A DNA stretch of 64,000 nt from an uncultured Pseudomonadales bacterium (GCA_964645645.1 CAZYBC010000004.1:5148-69147), one strand, 5' to 3'. Counted from the stretch's first letter, positions 8,831 to 18,910 are shown. Notes: generated by a model from the letters alone, not told the origin. Program-made: numbers and translations.

Positions 8831-11504
8831 AATCTCTATTCCTTTGTGGAAGAAACTAATCATTAGATTTTTGTTATTAGTGGTTCTAACTGGCAACCTT
8901 TATTACTTATCATGGAGATTTAACACTTTATTCTGGACTAATAGAACTTTATCTGGCCTTTTGTTACTGACTGAATTAGTTTTTTTTGCTAATTTTTTAA
9001 TTCATTTTCCAGTTTTATGGCTTAAAAAACCAAAAAATATTTTAACCCAGATACCTAAATTTACTAAAAAATTAGCCATTTTGATTCCTACTTACAATGA
9101 ACCATTAAACATTCTTAGCCAGACCATCGAACAAAGTTTAGCTATAGCAATTCCTCAAAATTTAAAAGTTAAGATTGTGGTATTAGATGACGGCAACCGG
9201 GACTGGCTAAAAAAATATGTTAAGGAGTTAGCCAAAACAACTTCGGTCACTTTGGAATACTTAACTAGAACCGAAAGGTTTGGTTATAAAGCTGGCAACA
9301 TTAACAACTACCTTAAAAGTGTTTGCCAAGAAGATTTTATTTTAGTTTTAGATGCTGATTTTGTTCCTTTCAAAAATATTTTGGAAGAATTTTATCCTTA
9401 CTTAGGTATTGAAAAATTAGGTTTTGTTCAAGCTCCGCAATTTTTTAATAATATTGCTAAAGGTGATCCGTTTGGACAGGATCCTGCTATCTGGTTTTCA
9501 CTTTTACAGGTTGGCAGATATGGTCAAAATGCCTTAATTTGTTGTGGCTCTCCAACTTTATGGTCAGTGCCAGCTCTTCAATCTATTGGCTATATGCAAT
9601 ATAGCGTCACCGAAGACTTTTTAACTGGAGCAATGATTCAATCAAAAGGATGGCAAGCTATTTATTTGCAAAAAGATGTTGCTGAGGGTAAAGCGAGTGA
9701 AGATATTATTGATGTCAAGAAAAAAACTTTACGTTATTCTTCCGGGGCTTTTGAATTTTTTTCTTTTGCCAAAAAGTTATTAGCCAATGGCCATTTGTCT
9801 TTAAGACAACGTTTTTTACATTTTACCTATCCTTTAGCTTTTGTTGCACCTTTACTAACCCCAATTTTAATTGCCATTCCGATTTTATCCATCTTAACAG
9901 GCATTAGCCCTTTTGTTATTGACCAAAGTAGTTACCCTCATTTATTAAGCCAAATTATTGCTTTAATTAGTTTTCAAATTATTTTCTTTTTAGCCGTAGG
10001 TAAAAAAGCTTGGAAATCTTGGCAATTTTATTTAGGAATGTTCCCAGTTTATACAAAAGCGCTGTTACAAACTATCTTTGGTAAAACTGTGTTTCAAGTT
10101 AGTAAAAAAGGCGTCCAAAGTGCCGCGGCTTATGCTCAATTAAAAGCAGTTCGATTACAAATTTTTATTTTATTACTAAGCTGGGTTACCTTTTTTAAAG
10201 GTTTATTACTTTTTAGAGAAAATATTATTAGTATTTCTTTATATCCAGCTCTTTTCTGGTTGTTACTCAATAATTTTCTATTATTTGGCGTAATAAAAGC
10301 TCCTTTGTATTTAAGTTGGCAACAACTATTAACTCAAATTAAAGAACTAGGTAAAAATAAATTAAACTTTTTATTCAATAAAAAATTTGCGTTGATGGCT
10401 TTTATTTTTTTGATTATTGCTGGAGCAGGCAGTATGTGGTTTAGACAACGCTCAGTGCCTAATATAGAAGTTAAAGTACAACAAACAAATCTTAATAAAA
10501 TGAAAAATAACTTAGATTTATTAACAACTAAGTTATCACTTAATGACGACAGACGCTTCCAAACTTTACTATTTTTTACTGATTGGGGTGATAATAAGCG
10601 TGAAGTTGGCCAGGCTAATTTTTATCTTAAAGTTGAACCATCATTAAACTTAGCTTATGAAAATCAACTTGTGCCAATTATTACTTGGGAACCAGTAAAA
10701 AAGAATCTTTTAGGAGAATTTGCCGAAGACATCACTTTAAAAAGTATTAGAGAAGGGCAAAGCGACCAATATTTAATTGGCTGGCGAAATGGTTTGCAAG
10801 AATGGATGGATAAACATCCCGGATACGAAGTGAGAATTAGATTAATGCACGAAATGAACGCTCCAATTGACCGCTACCACTGGAGCCATGTTTCTCCAGC
10901 TGAATATCGAGCCAGTTATGAATATGTTTATAATTTAATTAGCCAAGTTAATGGTAATTTAAAGTGGATGGCAGTTTTCCAAAACTTCACGGCTGATGCT
11001 GGATGGACACAAAAACGAGCTAAAGATTATGACCGTTATATTCCTAATATTCCGGTTGATTATATTGGAATAGATGGTTACAGCAGACCTTTCTTAGCTG
11101 GTAAAGATGGGCCACCTGGAGGAGAAGTTACTCCAGCTCAAGTGTTACCCAGAGCCTTCTTTAAAGCCATGCGAGAAGCTTATCCCCAAGCAAAACTAGT
11201 TATCAGTGAAACAGCTGTCCCATATATGCCTAAAACTGATGAAGCCTTACCTTATCCAGCTGGAGAACTATCTTATCAAATGACAGATCTTGAGCGAGCC
11301 GCGTGGATTAATGACTTTAAAGATTATTTATTAGAGATCGACCAAGATTTTGGACTAGAAGAGATGACCTGGTTTAATGGTAATACTGATTATCATTGGT
11401 CAATTTTTGCCGAACAAGACCAATTAACAATCGCTGCCTTTAAGCAATTAATGTTAGAGTTAAATAAGGCTAAAATTAAAATTGGAATATATCCTGGTGA
11501 ATAA
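8805..11504 (+). CDS. Membrane GT2 processive glycosyltransferase (cellulose/chitin-synthase-like) fused to a C-terminal GH26-like domain
   Basis: GT2 motifs VVLDDGNRD, VLDADFVP, QAPQFF and TED, plus multiple TM helices. The C-terminal 350 aa carry RLMHEMNAPIDRYHW, resembling the GH26 motif of the two downstream genes. The true start may lie downstream of 8805. Confidence 0.65.
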   Translation: MRIMQVLKKISIPLWKKLIIRFLLLVVLTGNLYYLSWRFNTLFWTNRTLSGLLLLTELVFFANFLIHFPVLWLKKPKNILTQIPKFTKKLAILIPTYNEPLNILSQTIEQSLAIAIPQNLKVKIVVLDDGNRDWLKKYVKELAKTTSVTLEYLTRTERFGYKAGNINNYLKSVCQEDFILVLDADFVPFKNILEEFYPYLGIEKLGFVQAPQFFNNIAKGDPFGQDPAIWFSLLQVGRYGQNALICCGSPTLWSVPALQSIGYMQYSVTEDFLTGAMIQSKGWQAIYLQKDVAEGKASEDIIDVKKKTLRYSSGAFEFFSFAKKLLANGHLSLRQRFLHFTYPLAFVAPLLTPILIAIPILSILTGISPFVIDQSSYPHLLSQIIALISFQIIFFLAVGKKAWKSWQFYLGMFPVYTKALLQTIFGKTVFQVSKKGVQSAAAYAQLKAVRLQIFILLLSWVTFFKGLLLFRENIISISLYPALFWLLLNNFLLFGVIKAPLYLSWQQLLTQIKELGKNKLNFLFNKKFALMAFIFLIIAGAGSMWFRQRSVPNIEVKVQQTNLNKMKNNLDLLTTKLSLNDDRRFQTLLFFTDWGDNKREVGQANFYLKVEPSLNLAYENQLVPIITWEPVKKNLLGEFAEDITLKSIREGQSDQYLIGWRNGLQEWMDKHPGYEVRIRLMHEMNAPIDRYHWSHVSPAEYRASYEYVYNLISQVNGNLKWMAVFQNFTADAGWTQKRAKDYDRYIPNIPVDYIGIDGYSRPFLAGKDGPPGGEVTPAQVLPRAFFKAMREAYPQAKLVISETAVPYMPKTDEALPYPAGELSYQMTDLERAAWINDFKDYLLEIDQDFGLEEMTWFNGNTDYHWSIFAEQDQLTIAAFKQLMLELNKAKIKIGIYPGE

Positions 11505-11570
11505 TGATAAATTGCTAGGGGATGTAGTATAATTACATTATTAAACTAATATCATTTTAATAACTCATTT

Positions 11571-12674
11571 GTGAAAAAAATCAAAAATTTACCACTACTA
11601 TTAATTATCACCTTCATCGCTCTAGCTTCTTTGCTTTTGGTTTATTACTTACCTCGTAGTCAAGATACTCGATCTAAAGGTTATACTGAAGAAACATCTG
11701 TCAGCCCACAAACAGTTCTTGAGCCAACTACCACAACTGTAGAAAAAACCAGAGAACCTCTGTACTTAGGCTTTATCGTTAAAACCATTAGTGATCAAGA
11801 CATTAATGATGTTAATCAGCTTAGCAATAATCAAGTCTCCTTAATTGGTTCATATATCCAATGGGGCAATACCGGTAACTCCAAATTTACTCCAGAATTT
11901 TTTCAAGTCTTTAAACGCAGACAGATAACTCCGCTAATTACCTGGGAGCCATGGGATCCCAGCGCTGGTGTTAATCAAAAAAACTATACTTTAAGAAGCA
12001 TCATTAATGGAGATCATGATGAATATATTAGACAATCAGCTCAAGCAATCAAACGCGCAGAAATGCCTGTCTTTTTACGTTTTGCCCATGAAATGAATGG
12101 CAACTGGTACCCATGGAGTGGCACTACAAATGGCAACACAGCTCAAGAATATAAAGCTGCTTGGCAACATGTCGTGGAACTTTTTCGTTCTGAAGAAGTC
12201 ACCAATGTTACCTGGGTCTGGAGTCCTAATTCTGCCAGCTATCCCAACGACCCACTCAATGATTTAGCAGCATATTATCCAGGTGATGATTATGTTGACT
12301 GGGTAGCTTTAGATGGCTTTAATTGGGGCACCAAACAGGCAAGCAGTGGCTGGCAAAGTTTTGACAGCATCTTTCAAGAGTCTTATCTCAAATTAGTCAA
12401 TTTAACTAGCAAGCCAATCATGATTGCAGAAGTTGCTTCTACTGAATTAGGTGGAAATAAAGCTACTTGGATTAAAGAAACTTTAGAACAAAGCTTAAAA
12501 GATAATTATGCTCAAATTAGAGCCGTGGTATTTTTTAACCTAAACAAAGAAACTGATTGGAGAATTGAATCTTCTCCCACCAGCGTCACTCAATTTATTG
12601 AATCACTCAATAGTTTGCCATTTGTTACTAATTTAAATTTACTAAATGGTAAAATTTTAGAACCATCACTTTAA
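11571..12674 (+). CDS. Secreted glycoside hydrolase family 26 (beta-mannanase-like)
   Basis: N-terminal signal/TM segment and RFAHEMNGNWYPWSG. Confidence 0.7.
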   Translation: MKKIKNLPLLLIITFIALASLLLVYYLPRSQDTRSKGYTEETSVSPQTVLEPTTTTVEKTREPLYLGFIVKTISDQDINDVNQLSNNQVSLIGSYIQWGNTGNSKFTPEFFQVFKRRQITPLITWEPWDPSAGVNQKNYTLRSIINGDHDEYIRQSAQAIKRAEMPVFLRFAHEMNGNWYPWSGTTNGNTAQEYKAAWQHVVELFRSEEVTNVTWVWSPNSASYPNDPLNDLAAYYPGDDYVDWVALDGFNWGTKQASSGWQSFDSIFQESYLKLVNLTSKPIMIAEVASTELGGNKATWIKETLEQSLKDNYAQIRAVVFFNLNKETDWRIESSPTSVTQFIESLNSLPFVTNLNLLNGKILEPSL

Positions 12675-12709
12675 ACCTGATTTTTTTAAAAGTTAGGTTA
12701 TAAAAAAGC

Positions 12710-13948
12710 GTGCCAACTAAGAAAAAAACAAAAACTGCCCATTCTGTTTTGCTTAAAGTTTTAGGCTTTTTATTTTTGTTTTCTTTATTCACCCTAAGTT
12801 TTTTTACTGTTGTTTCAATCAATTCCACCAAAAAAAATTATTTATCAAAACATAACGACCTGTTATTAAGTTATCTAAAAAATCCACCTGATAATATTCT
12901 TTTACAAGGTATTACTGGTTCAGCTAGCCTCAATACTTATTACCAGCTTGATTTAACAACTGACAGCAATTTGGCTTATCAACAACTAAAAAATCCACAA
13001 TTAAAGCAAGAACCACCCCAACTAAAACCGCTTACTCCTCCTACTGATTTTTCAGACCGATCAACTTCTGAATTAGGCTTTAAACTTTTACAAGAGTTAC
13101 AAAAATTTGTTAACAACACTCCTTTTTTAAATCAAAATGATGAGCTACGTGATTTTGTTGCCCTCAATAAAAATCAACTCCCTAAAGTGGCAATTATTGG
13201 CCGGTTTCAAAATTGGGCTGATCCGCGCACTAACCGTTTTGACCAATACTTTGTTAATAGTGTTAAAAAAATGGGTGCTATTCCATATATTACTTGGGAA
13301 CCTTGGGCTGAAAAAGAACAAGCCGATCCCAGCAATCAACCAGATTTCCGTTTAGCAAACATTGTTGAAGGTAAATTTGATAAATACATTAAAGAATATG
13401 CCAAAGAAGCAGCTAAGTTTAACTATCCACTTTTTATCCGTTTTGCTCATGAAATGAATGGTCATTGGTATCCTTGGGGAGGGAAAGTTAATCAAAATAC
13501 TCCAGAAGATTACGTGGCTGCTTGGAGACATATTCATCAAATTTTTAAACAAGAAGGTGCTCATAATGTCATCTGGGTTTGGTCGCCTAATGAACCTTAT
13601 GGTGGGGCTTCTAACCAGAATTCAGACTTATTTAATCTTTATTATCCAGGTGATGATTATGTTGATTGGGTGGGTTTTTCTGCCTACAATTGGGGCAATT
13701 ATCGAGAATATGATACTCCACGCACTTTTAAAGAAATCACTGATGCTTCATACCAACTTTTATCACAGTACAACAAACCTCTCATGATCTCAGAAATTAA
13801 TAGTGCTAACATTAATGTGGATAAATTAGCTTGGATAAAAGAAATGAAAAAAACTATTTTGGATTATCCAAAAATAAAAGCAATTGTTTGGTATGAGAGT
13901 GAACAACAAATGCCTTTTAAAATTGAAGAACAACTTTTTTTTCAATAA
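12710..13948 (+). CDS. Secreted glycoside hydrolase family 26 (beta-mannanase-like), paralog of 11571-12674
   Basis: RFAHEMNGHWYPWGG, ITWEPW and YYPGDDYVDWVG are shared with the upstream paralog. Confidence 0.7.
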   Translation: MPTKKKTKTAHSVLLKVLGFLFLFSLFTLSFFTVVSINSTKKNYLSKHNDLLLSYLKNPPDNILLQGITGSASLNTYYQLDLTTDSNLAYQQLKNPQLKQEPPQLKPLTPPTDFSDRSTSELGFKLLQELQKFVNNTPFLNQNDELRDFVALNKNQLPKVAIIGRFQNWADPRTNRFDQYFVNSVKKMGAIPYITWEPWAEKEQADPSNQPDFRLANIVEGKFDKYIKEYAKEAAKFNYPLFIRFAHEMNGHWYPWGGKVNQNTPEDYVAAWRHIHQIFKQEGAHNVIWVWSPNEPYGGASNQNSDLFNLYYPGDDYVDWVGFSAYNWGNYREYDTPRTFKEITDASYQLLSQYNKPLMISEINSANINVDKLAWIKEMKKTILDYPKIKAIVWYESEQQMPFKIEEQLFFQ

Positions 13949-13951
13949 CTT

Positions 13952-15415
13952 ATGAAAAATTTTATAGTAACTAAACTAGCTAAAAAAAAAGAATTAATCT
14001 TTATTTTTTTGCTAACAATTTTAGGCGCTTTACTAAGATTTAATAATTTAGCTAGTAAAGAATTTTGGGAAGACGAAGCTTTTACTGGTATAATTGTCAA
14101 AGAAAATTGGGCTGAAGCTTGGAATTTAACTCTCAATGACACTCATCCACCGTTATATAACATGTTACTAAAAGCATGGGGAGAACTATTTGGTTATACT
14201 GATTTTGCTTTAAGAAGTTTGTCTGTGGTTTTAGGTACTCTGACTATCCCATTAGTTTTTTATTTGGTTAAAAAGCTCCAAAATTTATCTCGCTTAACTC
14301 CTTATTTTGCAGCAATTATCGTTACGGCTAACCCATTTTTAGTTTATTACTCTCAGGAAAGCCGCTCTTATGCCTTATTAGGGTTAGTGACAGTCTTAAC
14401 AACCCTAGCTCTTTACCAAGCCTTAACTCAACCAAAGTTACAATTAAGTAAAAATTGGTTAGCTCTCAGTTTTTTATTAACCTTAGGTATTTTTACTCAT
14501 TATATTTTTTTCTTTACTGTCTTAGGAGTGGGTTTAACTATTTGTAGTTATTGGCTAGCAAATCATCAACTACAATTAAAAAATCTCAAACATTTAGCAC
14601 TCATTACTATTGAAACAAGCTTTTTACCTCTCTTAAGTTTTGCGCTGTGGTGGCCATTATTTAAAACCCAAACCAACGTAGCCAAAGATACCACTGCCTG
14701 GATTCAGCCTGTTAATTTTAGCTATCTAATCAGAGATGCTTATATTGCTTTTTTTGGCTTTAACCAACATTGGGCCAGAATTCTGCCCATCACTGAACCT
14801 TTTGCCATTATTATTTTGTTATTGATTTTCAGCTTGATTATTTATACCCTTATCAAAACTAAAAATAGATTGGCGCTTCTATTTAGTTTTGTCATGAGTA
14901 TCGTCCCAATTTTAGCTATCATCATTGTCTCACTTTATTTTGGCAAACATCTTTTTTTGGAAAGATATTTAATTGGCTTTAATATTTTCTTGCTCATTTT
15001 TATCATTACAATTATTGCCGAAACAGAAAAAAAATTACTGATTTATCCGCTCGTTGGTTTTTATTTATTAATTGCTTGTAACTCTTTATTCAACCCTCAA
15101 GCTGGAGCTGATAAAGCTCAACAAAACTTAGGTTATAGAGAACTAAATAATTACATTAAAAACAGCAATAAAACTTTTGTCTTTGCCGACCCATTTGAAT
15201 TCACCATTGCTAAATATTATTTAGATAAAGAATTTTGGCCTAAAATCAAAGTTTTTGATTACCGCCAAGGATTATGGTATGGCACTTGGTTACTAATAGA
15301 TGACGTAGACTGCGTCAACCCTTGGACTATGAACAATTACCTGGTGGTTAACTATGATCCGTTTAATAGGGGAGAAGCAATCAGGATTAAGGAATTTAAG
15401 CTTTATGAACAGTAA
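13952..15415 (+). CDS. Integral-membrane GT-C glycosyltransferase (GT39/ArnT/PMT-like)
   Basis: About 11 predicted TM helices plus an N-terminal FWEDEAF loop typical of the GT39/ArnT fold. Confidence 0.55.
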   Translation: MKNFIVTKLAKKKELIFIFLLTILGALLRFNNLASKEFWEDEAFTGIIVKENWAEAWNLTLNDTHPPLYNMLLKAWGELFGYTDFALRSLSVVLGTLTIPLVFYLVKKLQNLSRLTPYFAAIIVTANPFLVYYSQESRSYALLGLVTVLTTLALYQALTQPKLQLSKNWLALSFLLTLGIFTHYIFFFTVLGVGLTICSYWLANHQLQLKNLKHLALITIETSFLPLLSFALWWPLFKTQTNVAKDTTAWIQPVNFSYLIRDAYIAFFGFNQHWARILPITEPFAIIILLLIFSLIIYTLIKTKNRLALLFSFVMSIVPILAIIIVSLYFGKHLFLERYLIGFNIFLLIFIITIIAETEKKLLIYPLVGFYLLIACNSLFNPQAGADKAQQNLGYRELNNYIKNSNKTFVFADPFEFTIAKYYLDKEFWPKIKVFDYRQGLWYGTWLLIDDVDCVNPWTMNNYLVVNYDPFNRGEAIRIKEFKLYEQ

Positions 15416-15417
15416 TA

Positions 15418-16098
15418 TTATAAACCTTCATTAATTAAGCTAATCTTTTTATTTTGTATATGAACGCATTGCCCATAGTTAAAGCGAGTAAACCCAGGGT
15501 TTATCATAAGCGGCTCTGTTGAATGTTCTTGAAAATGAGAATGGCCGCAAATTAAATTAAGATTATTTTTTTGAATATATTTTTTAAACTTTTTATTAAC
15601 TTGCGAATAATGTTGCATCAAAAGCTGATGTACAAATTTATTTCCTAAATATTCTCTCGTTGAAGCAAGAGCTCCACCCAATCTAAAATTAGGAAAATTA
15701 AAACGTTCATCGTAGGCCGGTGAAATAGTATTGCCATGGAGAATTAAATATTTTATGCCATCAATGCTAATTTCTAAAGATTCATGTGATTCCTGACAAA
15801 AAATAGCTGGAGTATCTTGCCCTGTGATATATTTTTTATGATCATGATTTCCATAAAAATAGAGTGTGGCTTTTTTTTGCAGCAGGGGAAATAGTCTGTC
15901 TCGCCAGGGAGAAGTTATAAAATCATTCCAGCTTGTAAGCCAAGCATCCCAAAAATCTCCTAACAGCATTACGACATCCGCTTTTTCAATATTCTTTTTA
16001 AGAAATTGAAAAATTCTTTCATTAAATAAGGATGTCAGATGTGTATCTGAAAAAATTACAATTTTTTGATGGTTGGTGTTTATTTCCATGAAGATCAA
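15418..16098 (-). CDS. Calcineurin-like metallophosphoesterase
   Basis: FSDTHL, GDFWD, GNHDH, LHGN and GHSHF metal-ligand motifs. Confidence 0.8.
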   Translation of the reverse strand: MIFMEINTNHQKIVIFSDTHLTSLFNERIFQFLKKNIEKADVVMLLGDFWDAWLTSWNDFITSPWRDRLFPLLQKKATLYFYGNHDHKKYITGQDTPAIFCQESHESLEISIDGIKYLILHGNTISPAYDERFNFPNFRLGGALASTREYLGNKFVHQLLMQHYSQVNKKFKKYIQKNNLNLICGHSHFQEHSTEPLMINPGFTRFNYGQCVHIQNKKISLINEGL

Positions 16099-16662
16099 TT
16101 ACTTTCTCAGCTTCAAAATATAATTTTTCTGTAAAGCTAATTCATCTAACATTGAATGAAGTATTTTGGACTTCTCTTTAATTTCTAATCCTTTTGCAGC
16201 ATCTTGAGCTTTAATGAGTACTTCTTTTAATTCTTCAATTTCCAGAACCGTGGCGGCAATACAGTAATAGCTTTTAGAACGCCCCTCGTTAAACTCGGTT
16301 AACATTTTTTTTAGAATCAGCTCCCTGGCAATTTGGGTCTTCTCAAATTCATTTACCCCAATTTTTTTAATCAAAGCAATGTCATTTTCAAGTTTTTGAT
16401 AACACTTAAATGAATCAACCTTACAACCAAGTGCTCGATGTTTTGCCCATTCCTCACAGGTTTTATTTTCATCACACTCCCAGCAAAATTCGACCTTTTT
16501 TTTCTTAATGGCGCAAGTAATAAATGGGCAACCCACCGCCATTCTTGCTTTACTCTTACAACCTAAACATCGGCTATTTGCCACAGTATTAAAATTTGGA
16601 CAAAGCCGGCAAGAAAGTCCGCATATGCCAATTTCGGGATATTCTGTTTTCATAACTAACAT
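16099..16662 (-). CDS. Cysteine-rich protein (DUF3795-like)
   Basis: CGLSCRLCP, CLGCKS, GCPFITC and CWECDENKTCEEW cysteine clusters. Confidence 0.45.
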   Translation of the reverse strand: MLVMKTEYPEIGICGLSCRLCPNFNTVANSRCLGCKSKARMAVGCPFITCAIKKKKVEFCWECDENKTCEEWAKHRALGCKVDSFKCYQKLENDIALIKKIGVNEFEKTQIARELILKKMLTEFNEGRSKSYYCIAATVLEIEELKEVLIKAQDAAKGLEIKEKSKILHSMLDELALQKNYILKLRK

Positions 16663-16667
16663 TTCTT

Positions 16668-17111
16668 TTACTCAATAATTTTAGTTCCACTCCAGCGAAA
16701 AGGTGAAAAATCAATTTTCAATAAATTTTGAAGAGGAAGAAACATTGGTTTTGGCAGCTCATTCCACTTAAACCAACGCCACTCCTCACATTTTGTTGGT
16801 TCCATAACTTCTGGCTCACCACTTTTACTAGATGCAATCACAAAAACAGTGATGTAATGTTTACCTTCTTTATAAAAAATATCATTAGTATATGGACCGT
16901 ATTGTAAATTTGTAATTTCCAAGCCGACTTCCTCTTTTGTCTCTCTCCTAGCACAATCAGCAATACTTTCATTTATTTCAAGATGACCGCCAGGAAAATT
17001 CCAAGTTCCTTCTCCATGTGAATTTTTGCGTTTACCAAGCAAAACTAAATCATCTCTTATGATAATAACTCCCAATCCTACTTTGGGTCGTCCCTTGAGT
17101 ATAATTGACAT
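16668..17111 (-). CDS. NUDIX hydrolase
   Basis: Nudix box GGHLEINESIADCARRETKEEVGL. Confidence 0.85.
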   Translation of the reverse strand: MSIILKGRPKVGLGVIIIRDDLVLLGKRKNSHGEGTWNFPGGHLEINESIADCARRETKEEVGLEITNLQYGPYTNDIFYKEGKHYITVFVIASSKSGEPEVMEPTKCEEWRWFKWNELPKPMFLPLQNLLKIDFSPFRWSGTKIIE

Positions 17112-17118
17112 AACTTAT

Positions 17119-17313
17119 TTAAATATATAATAAACTACTTCTATCTAGTTTAGTAGATTCGGCAACCTTACTCATGTCTTTAATTTTTGCTACATCACCT
17201 AATGCTTTCGCAATGAGTTTATTATCCCCAGTGGCAAAAGAAACATTGAGATATTCTTTAATATCTTTTTCTGTTTTTAGATAATCAGTGGAACTATATT
17301 TTGTTATTTTCAT
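17119..17313 (-). CDS. Truncated HTH addiction-module antidote-like protein (COG3636-like)
   Basis: LIAKALGDVAKIKDMSKVAESTKLDRSSLLY parallels LIAAALGDIARARGMSQLARDTGLSRESLYKAL of that family. The C-terminal end is missing. Confidence 0.4.
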   Translation of the reverse strand: MKITKYSSTDYLKTEKDIKEYLNVSFATGDNKLIAKALGDVAKIKDMSKVAESTKLDRSSLLYI

Positions 17314-17324
17314 AAATAGATCGC

Positions 17325-17957
17325 TTAATGAGTACTTAGACTTTCAGTAAGCGCCCTACCAATCAATTTTTCTAAAAGAGTTAAATCACCTTCATCACCA
17401 GCTTGCATGGCTTTAAGATATTCCTTCCTATCATCATCTGTTCCGACTTGTATTTCAATAGGTGGTAATTTTAATTTCAGTAAAATAAGCGATGTTAATA
17501 TCCGAGCAGTTCGACCATTGTAGTCTTGAAATGGATGAATAAAGACAAACCTATGTTGAAACCAAGCAAGGAAGCAAACGACCTTATCTATATATTCTGG
17601 ATCATTAGATTTAGGCAAACTATTAAGCTGCGCCTTTAAATCATCTAATAAATTTTTAACCAATTCTGGTATTTGAAAATATGCTGGTGCTTCTTTTCCA
17701 GAATAAGTAACTTGGATAGTTCTAAACTTGCCTGCCCAATCAGGGAAAATCCATTGAAAAGAAATCGCATGGAGTTTAAGAATCAATGAAGTAGTAATTT
17801 CTGTGTTTTTTCTAGACTTGATTAAATCATAAATAAACTCTAAGCCTTTTTTTGTGCCTTCTAACTCAAATTGAAGTAATTTTGTGCGAGGAATAATACC
17901 AAAAGCGGTTTCTTTGAAAGAAGTTGCACCTAGTGGTTTTGTGCTATCAATAGACAT
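17325..17957 (-). CDS. Fic/Doc-family protein (putative AMPylating toxin)
   Basis: Fic motif HPFQDYNGRTAR, a variant of HPFx(D/E)GNGRxxR. Confidence 0.75.
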   Translation of the reverse strand: MSIDSTKPLGATSFKETAFGIIPRTKLLQFELEGTKKGLEFIYDLIKSRKNTEITTSLILKLHAISFQWIFPDWAGKFRTIQVTYSGKEAPAYFQIPELVKNLLDDLKAQLNSLPKSNDPEYIDKVVCFLAWFQHRFVFIHPFQDYNGRTARILTSLILLKLKLPPIEIQVGTDDDRKEYLKAMQAGDEGDLTLLEKLIGRALTESLSTH

Positions 17958-17960
17958 TGT

Positions 17961-18134
17961 TTACTTAAATAACGCATTCACCATCTTGCGAGTAACTGGT
18001 TCACCCTCAAGTTTGGTGGTTCTGAAAATCATCTCAGGCATAGCAGCAAGAAACGCACTTAGTAATGACTTTTTAGTGGTTTTCTTTTTTTTATAGCTAG
18101 TATATGCCTTATGAAGGCGAGATTGCTTTTTCAT
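17961..18134 (-). CDS. Unannotated 57-aa ORF immediately upstream of fic, a putative VbhA-like Fic antitoxin
   Basis: The reverse complement reads MKKQSRLHKAYTSYKKKKTTKKSLLSAFLAAMPEMIFRTTKLEGEPVTRKMVNALFK. It contains TTKLEG, which matches the inhibitory (S/T)xxxE(G/N) motif. Its stop lies 3 nt before the fic ATG. Confidence 0.5.
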   Translation of the reverse strand: MKKQSRLHKAYTSYKKKKTTKKSLLSAFLAAMPEMIFRTTKLEGEPVTRKMVNALFK

Positions 18135-18369
18135 AGCTGAGAGTATTATAGCTCAAAAATCTTGAGGAATCTTTAGAATAAATATTGTGCCAGAATCGTG
18201 CCGCGTATCGTACCAATAAAAGTAAAATTAGTAATTATAATAGATTGGACATATGATGCCAGAAAAATTACTCTTGGAAAACCCTATTTATATGGCTATA
18301 GAAATCCAGAAAATAACATTTTTTGGTTATTTAATGAATGTATAACAGAAATGTTAAATATCGAAATAT

Positions 18370-18910
18370 TAGATAGTTGTGAAGCTCGCCGGGCTAAAGC
18401 CCGGAGCTTCACAGCGGATCTGTGTTTAGTTTGCTGATATACTTGCCTGTATGACAAGCAAGTATCAGGTAGGCTCTCATACTAAACATCGCCTTATTTA
18501 TCACTTCACTTTTATCCCTAAATACCGTAAAGAAATTATTAGAGGAAAGCTTAAAAAAAGACTGATTGAACTCTTTAACGAGTGCGCTTCTGTTAATAAT
18601 TGGTTAATCCTTCAATTGGAAATTCTTTCTGATCACGTCCATTTACTTATTCAACTTAATACTGATGATTCTCCTGCCAAAACTATGCAATTCCTTAAAG
18701 GTGGTTCTTCCATTGTGATCAGAAAAGAATTCCCTGATATCAAAGCTTTCCTCTGGGGTGACTCCTTCTGGGCCGATGGCTATTTTGTGGAAACTATCGG
18801 TATTAAAAATGAAAAAATTATCAGAGCCTACCTGGACTCTCAGCAAACTAAACACTCTAAGCCTCGCATTCACCACCGGGCTTGAAAGCCCGGCGTTCTC
18901 TGCTCAGGCG
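18370..18910 (+). mobile_element. IS200/IS605-family insertion sequence (tnpA only) with subterminal hairpins
   Basis: Left hairpin gaagctcGCCGGGCtaaaGCCCGGagcttc at about 18377-18406. Right hairpin CCGGGCttgaaaGCCCGG at about 18871-18888. The Y1 transposase gene lies between them. Confidence 0.75.
18451..18885 (+). CDS. tnpA: IS200/IS605 Y1 (HUH) transposase TnpA
   Basis: 144 aa with the HUH motif LSDHVHLLI, the typical IS200 TnpA size, and flanking hairpins. Confidence 0.85.
   Translation: MTSKYQVGSHTKHRLIYHFTFIPKYRKEIIRGKLKKRLIELFNECASVNNWLILQLEILSDHVHLLIQLNTDDSPAKTMQFLKGGSSIVIRKEFPDIKAFLWGDSFWADGYFVETIGIKNEKIIRAYLDSQQTKHSKPRIHHRA

Noticed and set aside
13137-13787. Several 64-109-aa ORFs on both strands inside the GH26 gene 12710-13948
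   Set aside because: They lie entirely within a well-supported coding region, are AT-rich alternative-frame artefacts and have no motifs.
18198-18437. 79-aa ORF upstream of tnpA
   Set aside because: It overlaps the IS left-end hairpin region and has no RBS. It is probably non-coding IS terminal sequence.
18451-18885. IS200-like TnpA acting as a RAYT that mobilises the REP-like family
   Set aside because: Its own flanking hairpins (GCCGGGC..GCCCGG) are unrelated to the REP core (CCGC..GCGG / AAAC..GGAATGGTTTA). No REP copies flank it in inverted orientation. The link is unsupported from this window.
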